Of a DNA stretch of 64,000 nt, positions 38,357-48,076 are shown one piece after another; the stretch's first letter is position 1; the number at the start of each line of letters is the position of its first letter. A model generated the notes under the pieces. That model had not been told where the DNA came from, made no database searches, and was given only the letters and a program-made list of their open reading frames with translations. Source of the stretch: Planktothrix tepida. Its GTDB lineage: Bacteria > Cyanobacteriota > Cyanobacteriia > Cyanobacteriales > Microcoleaceae. Where the stretch lies: the NCBI RefSeq assembly GCF_904830955.1, contig NZ_LR882970.1, one strand, 5' to 3'. Made by a program: the position numbers and the translations under genes.

Positions 38357-39811
38357 TTAGACGTTAAAACTGAATCCCAGAACAAATAATATGCCTAATA
38401 GCGTTACACTGAAAATGAACAAACGTTGGTTTGTGCGTTGGTTTTGATGCCAAATTTCTTGATAACTGAGTTGATAATCTTGAATCATCAAAAATGCAGG
38501 AGGGCTGAAAAAGAAAGGCAAAAACCGATTCAGAAGCAGTCCGATTAAAAAGTTGATATCCCATAACTTTCGACGGAACCAATTTTGGTTATATTGCCAA
38601 GGAAATGTTGTTTGAGCTAAATGAATTAACGCTTCAATATCTCCAGAACGTCGAGCTTCATATAGGGGTAAAGCCAATAACAGATCATCCTGGGTTTCTT
38701 CGAGAACTTGCTGTAAAATATAAACATCTTCTAACGCTGAGTTGACCCCTTGACCAATATCGGGGGGAAAACAATGGACTGCATCTCCTAATAAGAGGAT
38801 GGCAGAGAAAGTTTGATCAGATTTCAATAAAAAGTGTAATCCCGAACAAAATTGAGGAACAGGAAAAACACCGCCTTGACTGTTGACAAATCGTGTAATT
38901 TCAGACTCAGAAATAATATCACGAATGGATAATTGAGGGAAAGATTGTTCTAAAAAGCGATATAATTCTTCATTCGTTTTTAAAGTCCAAATTTTATGAT
39001 TAGGATAAGTAATAATATTAGCGGTTCGAGGTTCATCGGGATTTTTCATGGGTAATAAACCCAAAGAAATTTTCTTCTGACCTTCTACGGTTTTACCCCG
39101 AATTGCATAAGCCATGGTACAAACAGATTGATCATCTAGTTGGTTTGAAAGCGGAAATTGAGGCGGTAAGGTTAATACTTGATAGCGCAGTCCTGAACTA
39201 GCGGAGGGAAAATACTGCATTTCAAAGCGATGATGATCAGGTTTTTCCCAGTCGTTTAGGGTTTGACGAACAATAGAATTTAAACCATCACAACCAACTA
39301 CAAAACCAGGTGTAAAACTCATTAATTCACTATTTTTTGATTCAACAATTACCTGCAATTGTTCCTGTTTTTGCTTTAATTCAATACATTTTGCTTCAAA
39401 TAAAACGGTGATTTGCTGTTGCCAATTGCGTTCAATTTCTTCATAAAGTAGAGAAACAAAGGTTCTTCGAGGCAACCAATAAGCTGTTTTTCGATTAGGA
39501 TTAATAAAGGGTAATTTTATCGTTTTTCGCTTTCCATTGGGTTGAATTAACGTTAAGTAAAATTCTTGGCTGGAAACACTTATTTCTGCTAAATTTGGAG
39601 TTAATCCCAGCCAATCTAATAATTTTTGACCTCGACCATCAATTTGATAGTTAAACGCTTTATCGGGTTCGTAATAGTCAGCCGTTTTTCGTTTTTCTAA
39701 AACAGTAATTTCTGTCCAGCCCCGTTTTGCTAACATTAAAGCGATCGCCAATCCCGATGGGCCGCCCCCAACAATTACAACATTTCGACATCCAGATTTA
39801 TCAGTTAACAT
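38357..39811 (-). CDS. FAD-dependent monooxygenase (kynurenine 3-monooxygenase-like) with C-terminal TM
   Basis: Rossmann GxGxxG (VVIVGGGPSGLAIA). DG motif (GCDGLNSIVR). GDAVHCFPPDIGQGVNSALEDV flavin-binding motif. C-terminal hydrophobic anchor as in KMO. Confidence 0.7.
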   Translation of the reverse strand: MLTDKSGCRNVVIVGGGPSGLAIALMLAKRGWTEITVLEKRKTADYYEPDKAFNYQIDGRGQKLLDWLGLTPNLAEISVSSQEFYLTLIQPNGKRKTIKLPFINPNRKTAYWLPRRTFVSLLYEEIERNWQQQITVLFEAKCIELKQKQEQLQVIVESKNSELMSFTPGFVVGCDGLNSIVRQTLNDWEKPDHHRFEMQYFPSASSGLRYQVLTLPPQFPLSNQLDDQSVCTMAYAIRGKTVEGQKKISLGLLPMKNPDEPRTANIITYPNHKIWTLKTNEELYRFLEQSFPQLSIRDIISESEITRFVNSQGGVFPVPQFCSGLHFLLKSDQTFSAILLLGDAVHCFPPDIGQGVNSALEDVYILQQVLEETQDDLLLALPLYEARRSGDIEALIHLAQTTFPWQYNQNWFRRKLWDINFLIGLLLNRFLPFFFSPPAFLMIQDYQLSYQEIWHQNQRTNQRLFIFSVTLLGILFVLGFSFNV

Positions 39812-39849
39812 CGGTAGAACTTGAATTCAATTGTGTTTATAATCATCTA

Positions 39850-40917
39850 TTATCGTTGCAGACTCCGAGGATCAAGGGCATCTCTTAACCCATCTCCTAA
39901 TAAATTAAAAGCTAATACCGTTAAAATAATTAAAATTGCAGGAGGCCAAATTAACCAAGGTTGTAACACTAAAATTGAAGCGTTTGTTGCCGAAGACAGT
40001 AAATTTCCCCAAGAGGGATCGGGTTGTTGAATTCCTAAGCCAATCAAACTTAAAACCGATTCTGCAATAATAAAACCGGGAATTGATAATGTTGCTGAAA
40101 TAATCAGATAGGTTGCAGTTTGGGGTAGAACATGACGAGCAATAATATATAAAGAATTAGCTCCAATAGCCCGTGAAGCTTGAACAAATTGTTGTTCTTT
40201 AATAGATAAAACTTGTCCTCGAATCACTCGTGCTAACCCAGCCCAACTAATAAAAGAAATAATCACCACAATCAATAGAAAACGCTGGCTACTGGTTATT
40301 TGTGGGGGTAATACGGCGGCTAAGGCTACTAATAAATATAATCCTGGAATCGTCATTAATACTTCAACAATTCGCATGGTAAAAGTATCTAGCCATCCGC
40401 CAAAATAACCGGAAATTCCGCCAATAATCATTCCTAACGGGAACGAAATTAGAATTCCAACTAATCCTATACTGAGACTAATTCGACCTCCAAAAACAAT
40501 CCGACTAAATTGATCTCTGGCTTGTTCATCGGTTCCCAGTAGGTTAATTTGTCCAGCCCCGACTGTTCCAAATAAATGACGATCAAATGGGATAATTCCT
40601 AATATTTTATAGGGTTCTCCCTGAACGAAAAATCGGACAGGACTGGGTTGACTTTTATCAACATTAAGTTGACGAATTCCCGTTTCAATATCCACCGGGC
40701 CTTGAGTTGTAGGGTAAACATGGGGGCCAATCCATTGCCCTTTTTGGTTATACCAATAAATTTGAGTCGGTGGCAATAATGAAGCGTTCAGTTGCGACTG
40801 ATAAGGACTATAAGGCGCAACAAAATCTGCTGCAATGACGATCAGATAAAATAATAATAAAATTCCGGCTCCAAATTGAGCTAAAGGATTCGTTTTAAGT
40901 CGTTGCCACCATTTCAT
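39850..40917 (-). CDS. ABC transporter permease (DppC/OppC-type)
   Basis: N-terminal helix plus long periplasmic loop. EAA-like region QASRAIGANSLYIIARHVLPQ. C-terminus GDGLRDALDPR. Confidence 0.8.
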   Translation of the reverse strand: MKWWQRLKTNPLAQFGAGILLLFYLIVIAADFVAPYSPYQSQLNASLLPPTQIYWYNQKGQWIGPHVYPTTQGPVDIETGIRQLNVDKSQPSPVRFFVQGEPYKILGIIPFDRHLFGTVGAGQINLLGTDEQARDQFSRIVFGGRISLSIGLVGILISFPLGMIIGGISGYFGGWLDTFTMRIVEVLMTIPGLYLLVALAAVLPPQITSSQRFLLIVVIISFISWAGLARVIRGQVLSIKEQQFVQASRAIGANSLYIIARHVLPQTATYLIISATLSIPGFIIAESVLSLIGLGIQQPDPSWGNLLSSATNASILVLQPWLIWPPAILIILTVLAFNLLGDGLRDALDPRSLQR

Positions 40918-40983
40918 AGTTCAGATTTTTCACTCAAAGAATTGTTGAAAAACTTGTAGAGTTGTGTCTCTATTTTTTTTATT

Positions 40984-42126
40984 TTACACCTTTAAGCGTT
41001 CCTGTTCGGCTAGAGATAAAGTTTCCGTTGGTGTTAAGTCACTTTTTGAATCTAAAGGATTATAAAAAAAGGAACCAGTTTGAGGGGGTAAAGTGGGATC
41101 AACAACCACTTCAATAATACTTTTAATCACCCCTGCCATGGGAATTGCCAGAATAAATCCTAATAATCCTCCTATTTTTCCTCCTAATAATAAAGCACTA
41201 AAAATAATCACAGGGCTTAATCCGGTTAAATCTCCCATAATTCGAGGAGCAACAATATTATCCTTAACTTGTTGAATGGCAACGGCAACGGCTAACACTT
41301 GTAAAGCCAGCCACCAATCAATAAAAGCCACAATAATCGTAACAGTTCCAATCCCTAATGTGGCTCCCACAAAGGGGATAATTTCCAATAATCCAATCAC
41401 AACAGCAAATAATAGGAAATAGGGAACTTTTAACATTAAAAAGGCAACGGTTAAGGTGACAGCCATAAAAATTCCCTGCAAGGTTTGTCCTAAGACAAAT
41501 TTTTTCAAATTCCGTTCTAGTGAAAAGGTTAAAACCTCGCGAATTTGGGGGGATAAAATAGTGATTAGGAGGTTCCATAACCGTTCCCCATCTAATAACA
41601 TATAAAAGGCAATGACCAAAATAAAAATTAAGTCAAAAAACCAATTAAAGGTTCCTAGCACTAAACCTAAACTTCCGGTGAGAATCGGTTCAATGGTTCC
41701 TTGAATTCGAGACAAAAGTTGCTGTTGTAAAATTCCGACATCAAAGGGTAAATTTCGGTCAGCACTCCAAACTTGAAATTCCGCTAACTGTTGCCGTCCT
41801 GATTCTATTAATTCGGGTAATCGAGTAATTAATTGTCGTCCTTGATTAAAGACAGGTGGGACAAGAGTTAAGGCAATAATTACAAAGGTTACAATCGCAA
41901 TTAAATACACTAAAGCGGCGGCAATTCCTCGCGGAATAAAGCGTTCTAATTTTGCCACAGCGTAGTTCAGAAGAAAGGCAATTAATCCAGAGGTAACTAA
42001 TATACTGATTAATTCGCCAACATAACCTAAAAATTGAAAGCTTAACCAACTCACGACTAAAATCAGTAAACCCGTGAGTAAACGACTTTGTAAAGGCGAA
42101 AAAACAGAATTCGTCATGGAACTCAT
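40984..42126 (-). CDS. AI-2E family transporter (PerM/UPF0118)
   Basis: Eight-TM profile. Conserved motifs in the IGLLEIIPFVGATLG region and the C-terminus GFILAIPMAGVIK are typical of UPF0118 permeases. Confidence 0.75.
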   Translation of the reverse strand: MSSMTNSVFSPLQSRLLTGLLILVVSWLSFQFLGYVGELISILVTSGLIAFLLNYAVAKLERFIPRGIAAALVYLIAIVTFVIIALTLVPPVFNQGRQLITRLPELIESGRQQLAEFQVWSADRNLPFDVGILQQQLLSRIQGTIEPILTGSLGLVLGTFNWFFDLIFILVIAFYMLLDGERLWNLLITILSPQIREVLTFSLERNLKKFVLGQTLQGIFMAVTLTVAFLMLKVPYFLLFAVVIGLLEIIPFVGATLGIGTVTIIVAFIDWWLALQVLAVAVAIQQVKDNIVAPRIMGDLTGLSPVIIFSALLLGGKIGGLLGFILAIPMAGVIKSIIEVVVDPTLPPQTGSFFYNPLDSKSDLTPTETLSLAEQERLKV

Positions 42127-42216
42127 AGAAAATTTAAAATATAAAGTAGTTTACCCTATTTTGGGATAGATGACCTGATGGAACATTAAAATTTTATCCT
42201 TCAACGATTAAACAGA

Positions 42217-43071
42217 TTAAACCATGACGACCTCCTTGATGGTTTCCTCATGTTCAACCAGGAAGACATTGGCGTGCAGGTTAGCAATAATTTGTTGGCC
42301 TTGCTGAGTTAAAGATAAGTACCGTAGACTATCTTTAATATAGGGATACACTTTATGCCAATAAAATTGAGGGTAATTTCTTCGCAACTCTCCGGCATTA
42401 TGATAGCCTGCTTTTTGATTAAATCCTGTTTCTTCAAACTCATAAAATAAGGCACTAATTTTTTGAAGATATCGAGGATCACTCAATTGACCAATTAAAT
42501 CCGCCGCCCGCACTAAACCGGGATAATGTATTGTATCTTGATGATCGGATTTTTGAGGAACCGGAAATCGTGTCAGTTCAATATTAGATTGAATCACATC
42601 TGACTTAATTAAAGGATGTCCCCCAAATCGTTCTCGAATAAACAATTTAGCTCGATCAACATGATAAGGCATTAAACTCGCATCTGTACATCCAAAGGGC
42701 AAAAGTACCCTGTTTTCATCACATCCTGTAGCATAATATCCCTCTCGATCTTGGCGACAAACCCCTTTAACATAACCAATATCATGACAAACTAGAGAGA
42801 GCATAAAATGTAGCCAATCTTCGCTAGAAACCCCACCTTCGCGGATATGTTTTCCGCGTAAAATTTCTTGACCGACTAATGTAACGATAATTGTATGTTC
42901 AACATCATGATAGAGGGCATCGCTATTGGCAATATTTTCTAAAGCCATCCCTCCAGCCCAAGCGACAATATCCCCATAATGGGCATTAAATCCCCCATAG
43001 GTATGATGATATCCTGAGCGAAGTTGTTCAACAAAGTTATCAATTAAAAGTTGAGTTGCATTGAAAAACAT
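42217..43071 (-). CDS. HD domain-containing protein (metal-dependent phosphohydrolase-like)
   Basis: H..H (LYHDVEHT) and HD (LVCHDIGYV) motifs with a downstream D. Confidence 0.5.
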   Translation of the reverse strand: MFFNATQLLIDNFVEQLRSGYHHTYGGFNAHYGDIVAWAGGMALENIANSDALYHDVEHTIIVTLVGQEILRGKHIREGGVSSEDWLHFMLSLVCHDIGYVKGVCRQDREGYYATGCDENRVLLPFGCTDASLMPYHVDRAKLFIRERFGGHPLIKSDVIQSNIELTRFPVPQKSDHQDTIHYPGLVRAADLIGQLSDPRYLQKISALFYEFEETGFNQKAGYHNAGELRRNYPQFYWHKVYPYIKDSLRYLSLTQQGQQIIANLHANVFLVEHEETIKEVVMV

Positions 43072-43269
43072 AGGACATTTCCTGGCACAAATCGAGGTTT
43101 TGAGTTACAGAGAAAGCAGTGGTCAGCTTTTTCTTCCCTTGTTCATTTTTCTAGCATAGTTTATCGGAATCTGCCATTTTTCTTAAGAATGTCAATTTTG
43201 CCTGATCCTTGGTAGAATTTCTCTAATTGTAAATTAAAGTTGATTTTTAATTGAATTGTAAATAAAGGC

Positions 43270-44589
43270 GTGAAAGAACAACCCATGAATTCTCAGAAGG
43301 TGCTAACTCAACTTTTTGCTAAATTACAAGATTTTTTAACTAAAATTGCCAAGATTTGTCAATCTAATGGGATTATTTTTGCCTTAACAATGGGGGTACT
43401 GAGTCGCAGTATTATTCTGTTGACGTTTTTTGCAATTGCTTTCTTTTCTCCTGTTTCTTCTCAGTGGGGTTGGGAGGTTTTTTCAGCTTGGGATAGTCCC
43501 CTCTACCAAATTATTGCCACCTCTGGATATGAAGTCATTAATCAGACCGAACCGGGCGGAAATGTGGCATTTTTTCCATTATTTCCGTTATTAATTCGAG
43601 GATTAATGAATTTAGGTTTACCCTTTGAAGTAGCAGGCGTTTTAATTAATAATTTGGCTTTTTTTGGAGCTTTAATTTTACTCTATCAATGGGTGGAAAT
43701 AACCAATAATTCTCAAGCTGCCCGTTGGGCAACAGCTATATTAGCTTGGTGTCCTTTATCGATTTTTGGCACTGTTATTTATACGGAAGGTTTATTTTTA
43801 TTTTTGAGTATTGCTGCTTTAAAAGCTTTTGATTTAGAAAAGTATCCTCAAGTAATTTTGTGGGGGAGTTTAGCCACGGCAACGCGCATTACTGGAATCG
43901 CTTTAATTCCAGCTTTTCTAATTACAGCTTGGCAAAAACGAAAACCTGCGATCGCTTATTTATCCGGTTTATTAAGTGGCTGTGGTTTATTATTCTATAG
44001 TCTCTATTGTTGGATAAAATTTAATAATCCCATTGCCTTTATTACCGTTCAACACACCCAATGGCAACGCCAAACCGGATTTGATAGTCAAGGCTGGTTG
44101 AAAATGATCATGCAAATTTTAATCGGTTCTCAAAATTGGAAAAAAGGTACAATTGTTGATCCTTGGCATCCTTTCCTGGTTATAATTCTTGCTATCATAG
44201 GTTATCTACTTTGGCGATATCGTGATCAATTAGGAGAGGTAAAATTTGACTATAGTTTCTGTTTTTTACTGTTTATTTTATGGTTAATTGCAGGTGATCC
44301 CTTACTCAATACATCGATTATTTTAGGGAGTGGTTATTTACTGTGGTATTTACGTTATGAACTCAGTTTAGTTGCAGTAAATTATGGCTTCTGTGCGTTA
44401 GGTTTATTGTTAGCGTCTGGCGGTACAATTTCCCTCAGTCGTTTAGCGTATGGGATTGTTTCTGTTAGTTTAGCTTTAGGGGTAATGCTATCTCATCATC
44501 GTCGTTGGGGTTATGTGACCTTGGGATTTTTCACCCTGTTACTGATTAGTTTTTCAGTTCGCTTTGCTCAACATCTTTGGGTAGCTTAA
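43270..44589 (+). CDS. polytopic membrane protein, glycosyltransferase-like (DUF2029/mannosyltransferase-type)
   Basis: About 12 TM segments. Loop motif in the FFPLFPLLIRG region resembles GT-C family membrane glycosyltransferases. Confidence 0.4.
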   Translation: MKEQPMNSQKVLTQLFAKLQDFLTKIAKICQSNGIIFALTMGVLSRSIILLTFFAIAFFSPVSSQWGWEVFSAWDSPLYQIIATSGYEVINQTEPGGNVAFFPLFPLLIRGLMNLGLPFEVAGVLINNLAFFGALILLYQWVEITNNSQAARWATAILAWCPLSIFGTVIYTEGLFLFLSIAALKAFDLEKYPQVILWGSLATATRITGIALIPAFLITAWQKRKPAIAYLSGLLSGCGLLFYSLYCWIKFNNPIAFITVQHTQWQRQTGFDSQGWLKMIMQILIGSQNWKKGTIVDPWHPFLVIILAIIGYLLWRYRDQLGEVKFDYSFCFLLFILWLIAGDPLLNTSIILGSGYLLWYLRYELSLVAVNYGFCALGLLLASGGTISLSRLAYGIVSVSLALGVMLSHHRRWGYVTLGFFTLLLISFSVRFAQHLWVA

Positions 44590-44627
44590 GGGTTTATAGT
44601 ATGAAAAAATAATGATATAATATCAAT

Positions 44628-45395
44628 TTGAGCAAATTACAATGGAAAAAGATGATCAGCACCCAAAATCAACAAAAAAGTCCATTTCTTGTCCGTTTAT
44701 TCCTAACGTCTACATTATTAACTTTAACATCAGCCCTTAATATTATTCCTCCCGTCCTCGCACAACGAGAAATAGATTTTGCTACCCAAGGTTGTCGCGG
44801 TGTTCCCCAGGAAGCATATTTTATGACAGAGAATTATCACATTAATATTTGTCAAGGACAATCGGGTTTATTCATGGCGGTAAGTTATCGTAATGGACAA
44901 CTATTTGATCGGTTTTCTGTACAACAACAGCGAGAGGGTTATGCAGGAAATTCTCAAAAAGCATCCTATCAAGTGAACTCCAGAACCTTCACAATTCAAC
45001 CGAATAATAATCAAAGACCAATTACAGAACGGGTACTGAGAACCCAAGGAAATCAAAGACCCCAAGAATCAAAAGTAACTGGAACAATTACTTACCGTCA
45101 ACGCATTGCATTACCTCCGAATTCAACTGTTGTTGTTACATTACAAGATACAACCAGTCCAAATCGTGCACCTCGAAATATTACTCAACAAACTATTCCA
45201 TTACGGGGTCAACAGGTTCCGGTTCCCTTTTCTTTGATTTATAATCCCGCCCAAATTCAACAGAATGGGATTTATAGAATTCGGGCAGAAATTTATGTTG
45301 ATGGTCGATTAACTTGGGCAAATATGGGTCAAGATCGGGTGATTACGGGGGGAAATCCGAATAATATAGAAGTCATTGTACAACAGCTTAATTAG
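44628..45395 (+). CDS. secreted protein with C-terminal YbaY-like domain
   Basis: Signal peptide. The C-terminus ITYRQRIALPPNSTVVVTLQDTTSPNRAP...FSLIYNPAQIQQNGIYRIRAEIYVDGRLTWANM follows the YbaY/DUF pattern (graded response to D/S-A). Two Cys form a CRG..C pair near the N-terminus. Confidence 0.45.
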   Translation: MSKLQWKKMISTQNQQKSPFLVRLFLTSTLLTLTSALNIIPPVLAQREIDFATQGCRGVPQEAYFMTENYHINICQGQSGLFMAVSYRNGQLFDRFSVQQQREGYAGNSQKASYQVNSRTFTIQPNNNQRPITERVLRTQGNQRPQESKVTGTITYRQRIALPPNSTVVVTLQDTTSPNRAPRNITQQTIPLRGQQVPVPFSLIYNPAQIQQNGIYRIRAEIYVDGRLTWANMGQDRVITGGNPNNIEVIVQQLN

Positions 45396-45410
45396 ATTTT
45401 TTAGGGTGTT

Positions 45411-46187
45411 ATGAGGAAGTATATTCTCCTAAATTTTGATGTAGAAGAATTTGATGCTCCCCTGAAATATGGAGAAAAAATAAAACCTTCTGTCCAGTTT
45501 GATATCTCGTTAATGGGATTAAGAAATATTCTGTCTTTACTGGAACATTTAAAGATTCGGGCGACATTTTTTGTAACGGCAAATTTTGCCTTACACCATC
45601 CTGAATTAATTGAAGCGATCGCGAGAACCCATGAAATCGCTTCTCACGGTTTTTATCATTCTAAATTTTCCCCGGAAGATTTGTGGAAATCTAAACAAGT
45701 GTTAGAAGAAATTTCGGGACAAACGGTTTCTGGGTTCCGTATGGGGGAACAGCAAATTATTAATGAACAAGCGATTTTAGCATCAGGATATCAATACCAT
45801 TCTTCCTTCAATTCTAATTATTATCAGGGTAAACGTCGCACAGTTCATTATTGTGATCATTTACTCAATCTTCCCATCTCCGTAACACCCTTTGTCCGCT
45901 TTCCCCTCTTCGGGTTAAGTTTCAAAAATCTTCCCTTTCCTTTAATTCAGTTCGCCTCTCAAATTACCCTCGATAGCGATCGCTATCTCAATCTCAATTT
46001 TCATCCTTGGGAATTTACCGATATTTCTAAATTTAAACTTCCCAATTCCGTGAAACGTTTATCAGGAATTCATTTATTAAATCGACTAGAAAAGTATTTA
46101 ATTTGGCTGAAAAAACAAGCCGAATTTTCAACGATTTCCGACTGGATCAACCGCATTAAACATCAGAAATATGATATTCTTGGATAA
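45411..46187 (+). CDS. polysaccharide deacetylase-like (DUF3473/NodB-fold) protein
   Basis: LLNFDVEEFD metal-binding DxE-like start and HG.YH in EIASHGFYH, as in the carbohydrate esterase 4-like family. Confidence 0.5.
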   Translation: MRKYILLNFDVEEFDAPLKYGEKIKPSVQFDISLMGLRNILSLLEHLKIRATFFVTANFALHHPELIEAIARTHEIASHGFYHSKFSPEDLWKSKQVLEEISGQTVSGFRMGEQQIINEQAILASGYQYHSSFNSNYYQGKRRTVHYCDHLLNLPISVTPFVRFPLFGLSFKNLPFPLIQFASQITLDSDRYLNLNFHPWEFTDISKFKLPNSVKRLSGIHLLNRLEKYLIWLKKQAEFSTISDWINRIKHQKYDILG

Positions 46188-47577
46188 AAATCCCTTTAAA
46201 CTTCATCCGGTATTAACCGCAATTTTCATCAGTAGCTTGATTTTATTTGCTTGTAGCAGTTTACGTCATGCTTTATTTCAATCTAATGCTTATGATTTAG
46301 GAATTTTTGATAATGGTATTTATTTAATAAGTCAAGGACAAGAACCCTTTGTCTCTTTTCGAGGATTACATATTTTAGGAGATCATGCTGCCTATATTCT
46401 ATATATTATTGCTTTATTTTATAAAGTTTATCCTGATGTTCATTGGTTATTTGCGATTCAAGCTTTTTCCCTTTCCTTGGGTGCATTACCGACTTATCAG
46501 CTATCGTTACAAGCAGGTTTAAAGGAAACCCAAGCTCAAACCTTAGCTTTTGTGTATTTATTATATCCATTAATTTTTAATGTTAATTTATTTGATTTTC
46601 ACCCTGAAGTAATTGCTTTACCTGCAATTTTATATGCAGTTTTGTTTGCTAGAAGCAATAAGATTTTAGGATTTATTTTCACAATTTTTATTATTTTAGG
46701 TTGCAAAGAAGTTTTATCTTTATTATTAATCGCAATGGGAGTTTGGTTATTCATCTTTGAGAAAAAAACCCGTTATGCTATTGTCTCAATCATTTTAGGA
46801 CTCTTCTGGTTTTTCCTATCTACAGAATTCATTATCCCCCACTTTTCCCAAGCCCCTCCTATCGCCGTTGGCGTTTATAGTTTCCTCGGTAATTCTCTCG
46901 GAGAAATTACTTTAAATATTATCTTAAAACCGGGATTAGTATTAAGTAAAATTTTCACCTTAGCCAATTTAGAATACTTAATTTTACTTCTAATTCCCCT
47001 AATTTGGGGCCTATGGGGACGACATTTAACCCCCCTAATTTCTGCCACACCAATTTTATTTTTAAATCTGTTAGCTGAAAATCTGCAAATGAAGAACTTA
47101 ACGCAACAATATTCCTTGGCGATTTTACCCTTTCTGATGTTAGCAGTTATTGAGAATTTGGCGCACGGTGAAGGATGGTTTAAACAGAAAAAATGGATAA
47201 TTTTATGGTCTTTAATTGCCTTTTTTGCTTTAGCAAAATATGGTTATTTTACCTCTAAATATTTAACAACCCTGGATAATTGGCAAGCAACACGGGAAGC
47301 CCTCGGCTATATTAAAACGAAGGATAATATCTTAACAACCGATAAAATTGCCCCCCATCTCACCCATCGTCCCCATTTAGAACTCGCTATTCAAGGACGA
47401 GAAAAACTTGATTTAGAACCCTTTCAATACGTCTTATTAAACCAACGTCACCCCGGATGGCCGAGTTCTCCTGAATTAATCATTGGGTTAGTAAAACGTT
47501 TGCAAAATAACCCTAATTTTCAATTAAAATATTATCGAGATGAGGTTTTGTTGTTTGAAAAATTTTCTAGGGAATAA
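46171..47577 (+). CDS. DUF2079 domain membrane protein
   Basis: The N-terminus RHALFQSNAYDLGIFDNGIYLISQG and a polytopic TM profile match the DUF2079 family. Overlaps the upstream gene by 17 nt (operon). Confidence 0.55.
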   Translation: MIFLDKNPFKLHPVLTAIFISSLILFACSSLRHALFQSNAYDLGIFDNGIYLISQGQEPFVSFRGLHILGDHAAYILYIIALFYKVYPDVHWLFAIQAFSLSLGALPTYQLSLQAGLKETQAQTLAFVYLLYPLIFNVNLFDFHPEVIALPAILYAVLFARSNKILGFIFTIFIILGCKEVLSLLLIAMGVWLFIFEKKTRYAIVSIILGLFWFFLSTEFIIPHFSQAPPIAVGVYSFLGNSLGEITLNIILKPGLVLSKIFTLANLEYLILLLIPLIWGLWGRHLTPLISATPILFLNLLAENLQMKNLTQQYSLAILPFLMLAVIENLAHGEGWFKQKKWIILWSLIAFFALAKYGYFTSKYLTTLDNWQATREALGYIKTKDNILTTDKIAPHLTHRPHLELAIQGREKLDLEPFQYVLLNQRHPGWPSSPELIIGLVKRLQNNPNFQLKYYRDEVLLFEKFSRE

Positions 47578-47956
47578 ACAAATTGAATAACGACCACAGA
47601 TGGTGGCTTTCAAAAATTAAAGCTACTGCCCAAATTAAAATACTGATGCCAACAGCAGCAGCAGAAATGTCTTTGATAGCGCGAATTCTCTCATCATACT
47701 GTTGTTCCAAAAAATCACATAAACCTTCAATGCTACTATTGAATAATTCAGCGATTAACATTAGGCCTGTAGCTAGAAAAATCAACATTAGATCCTGCCA
47801 TTGACTAAAAATCACAGCAATGACTAAGACGACGACAGATACAATGACTTTGTAAGCAACACTAAACTCCGTTGCGATCGCAATATGAAGACCTGCTAAG
47901 ATTACTTTTAGCTTGCGAATCGGATGATAACCAGATTGGCGGAACTTGCTAGCCAT
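47567..47956 (-). CDS. dgkA: diacylglycerol kinase family protein
   Basis: SGYHPIRKLKVILAGL..ATEFSVAYKVIV..AELFNSSIEGLCD fits prokaryotic DgkA with three TM helices. The ORF-track start (48037) is probably an upstream extension. Confidence 0.65.
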   Translation of the reverse strand: MASKFRQSGYHPIRKLKVILAGLHIAIATEFSVAYKVIVSVVVLVIAVIFSQWQDLMLIFLATGLMLIAELFNSSIEGLCDFLEQQYDERIRAIKDISAAAVGISILIWAVALIFESHHLWSLFNLFIP

Positions 47957-48076
47957 AAATTTTATCTGTAGCGCCCCTTTAAGGATTTCATCTTCAATTT
48001 TCGTAGAATTTTCACAGAAAATGTTATCATTAATCATTAAGGGCGAGTGTTCCCGCCCCTATATTCTCGCTTCTAA

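Noticed and set aside
41093-42049. ORFs 41093-41275, 41318-41578, 41846-42049 within the AI-2E transporter gene
   Set aside because: Alternate frames of a confidently assigned membrane-protein gene. Cys-rich, implausible composition from AT-rich antisense.
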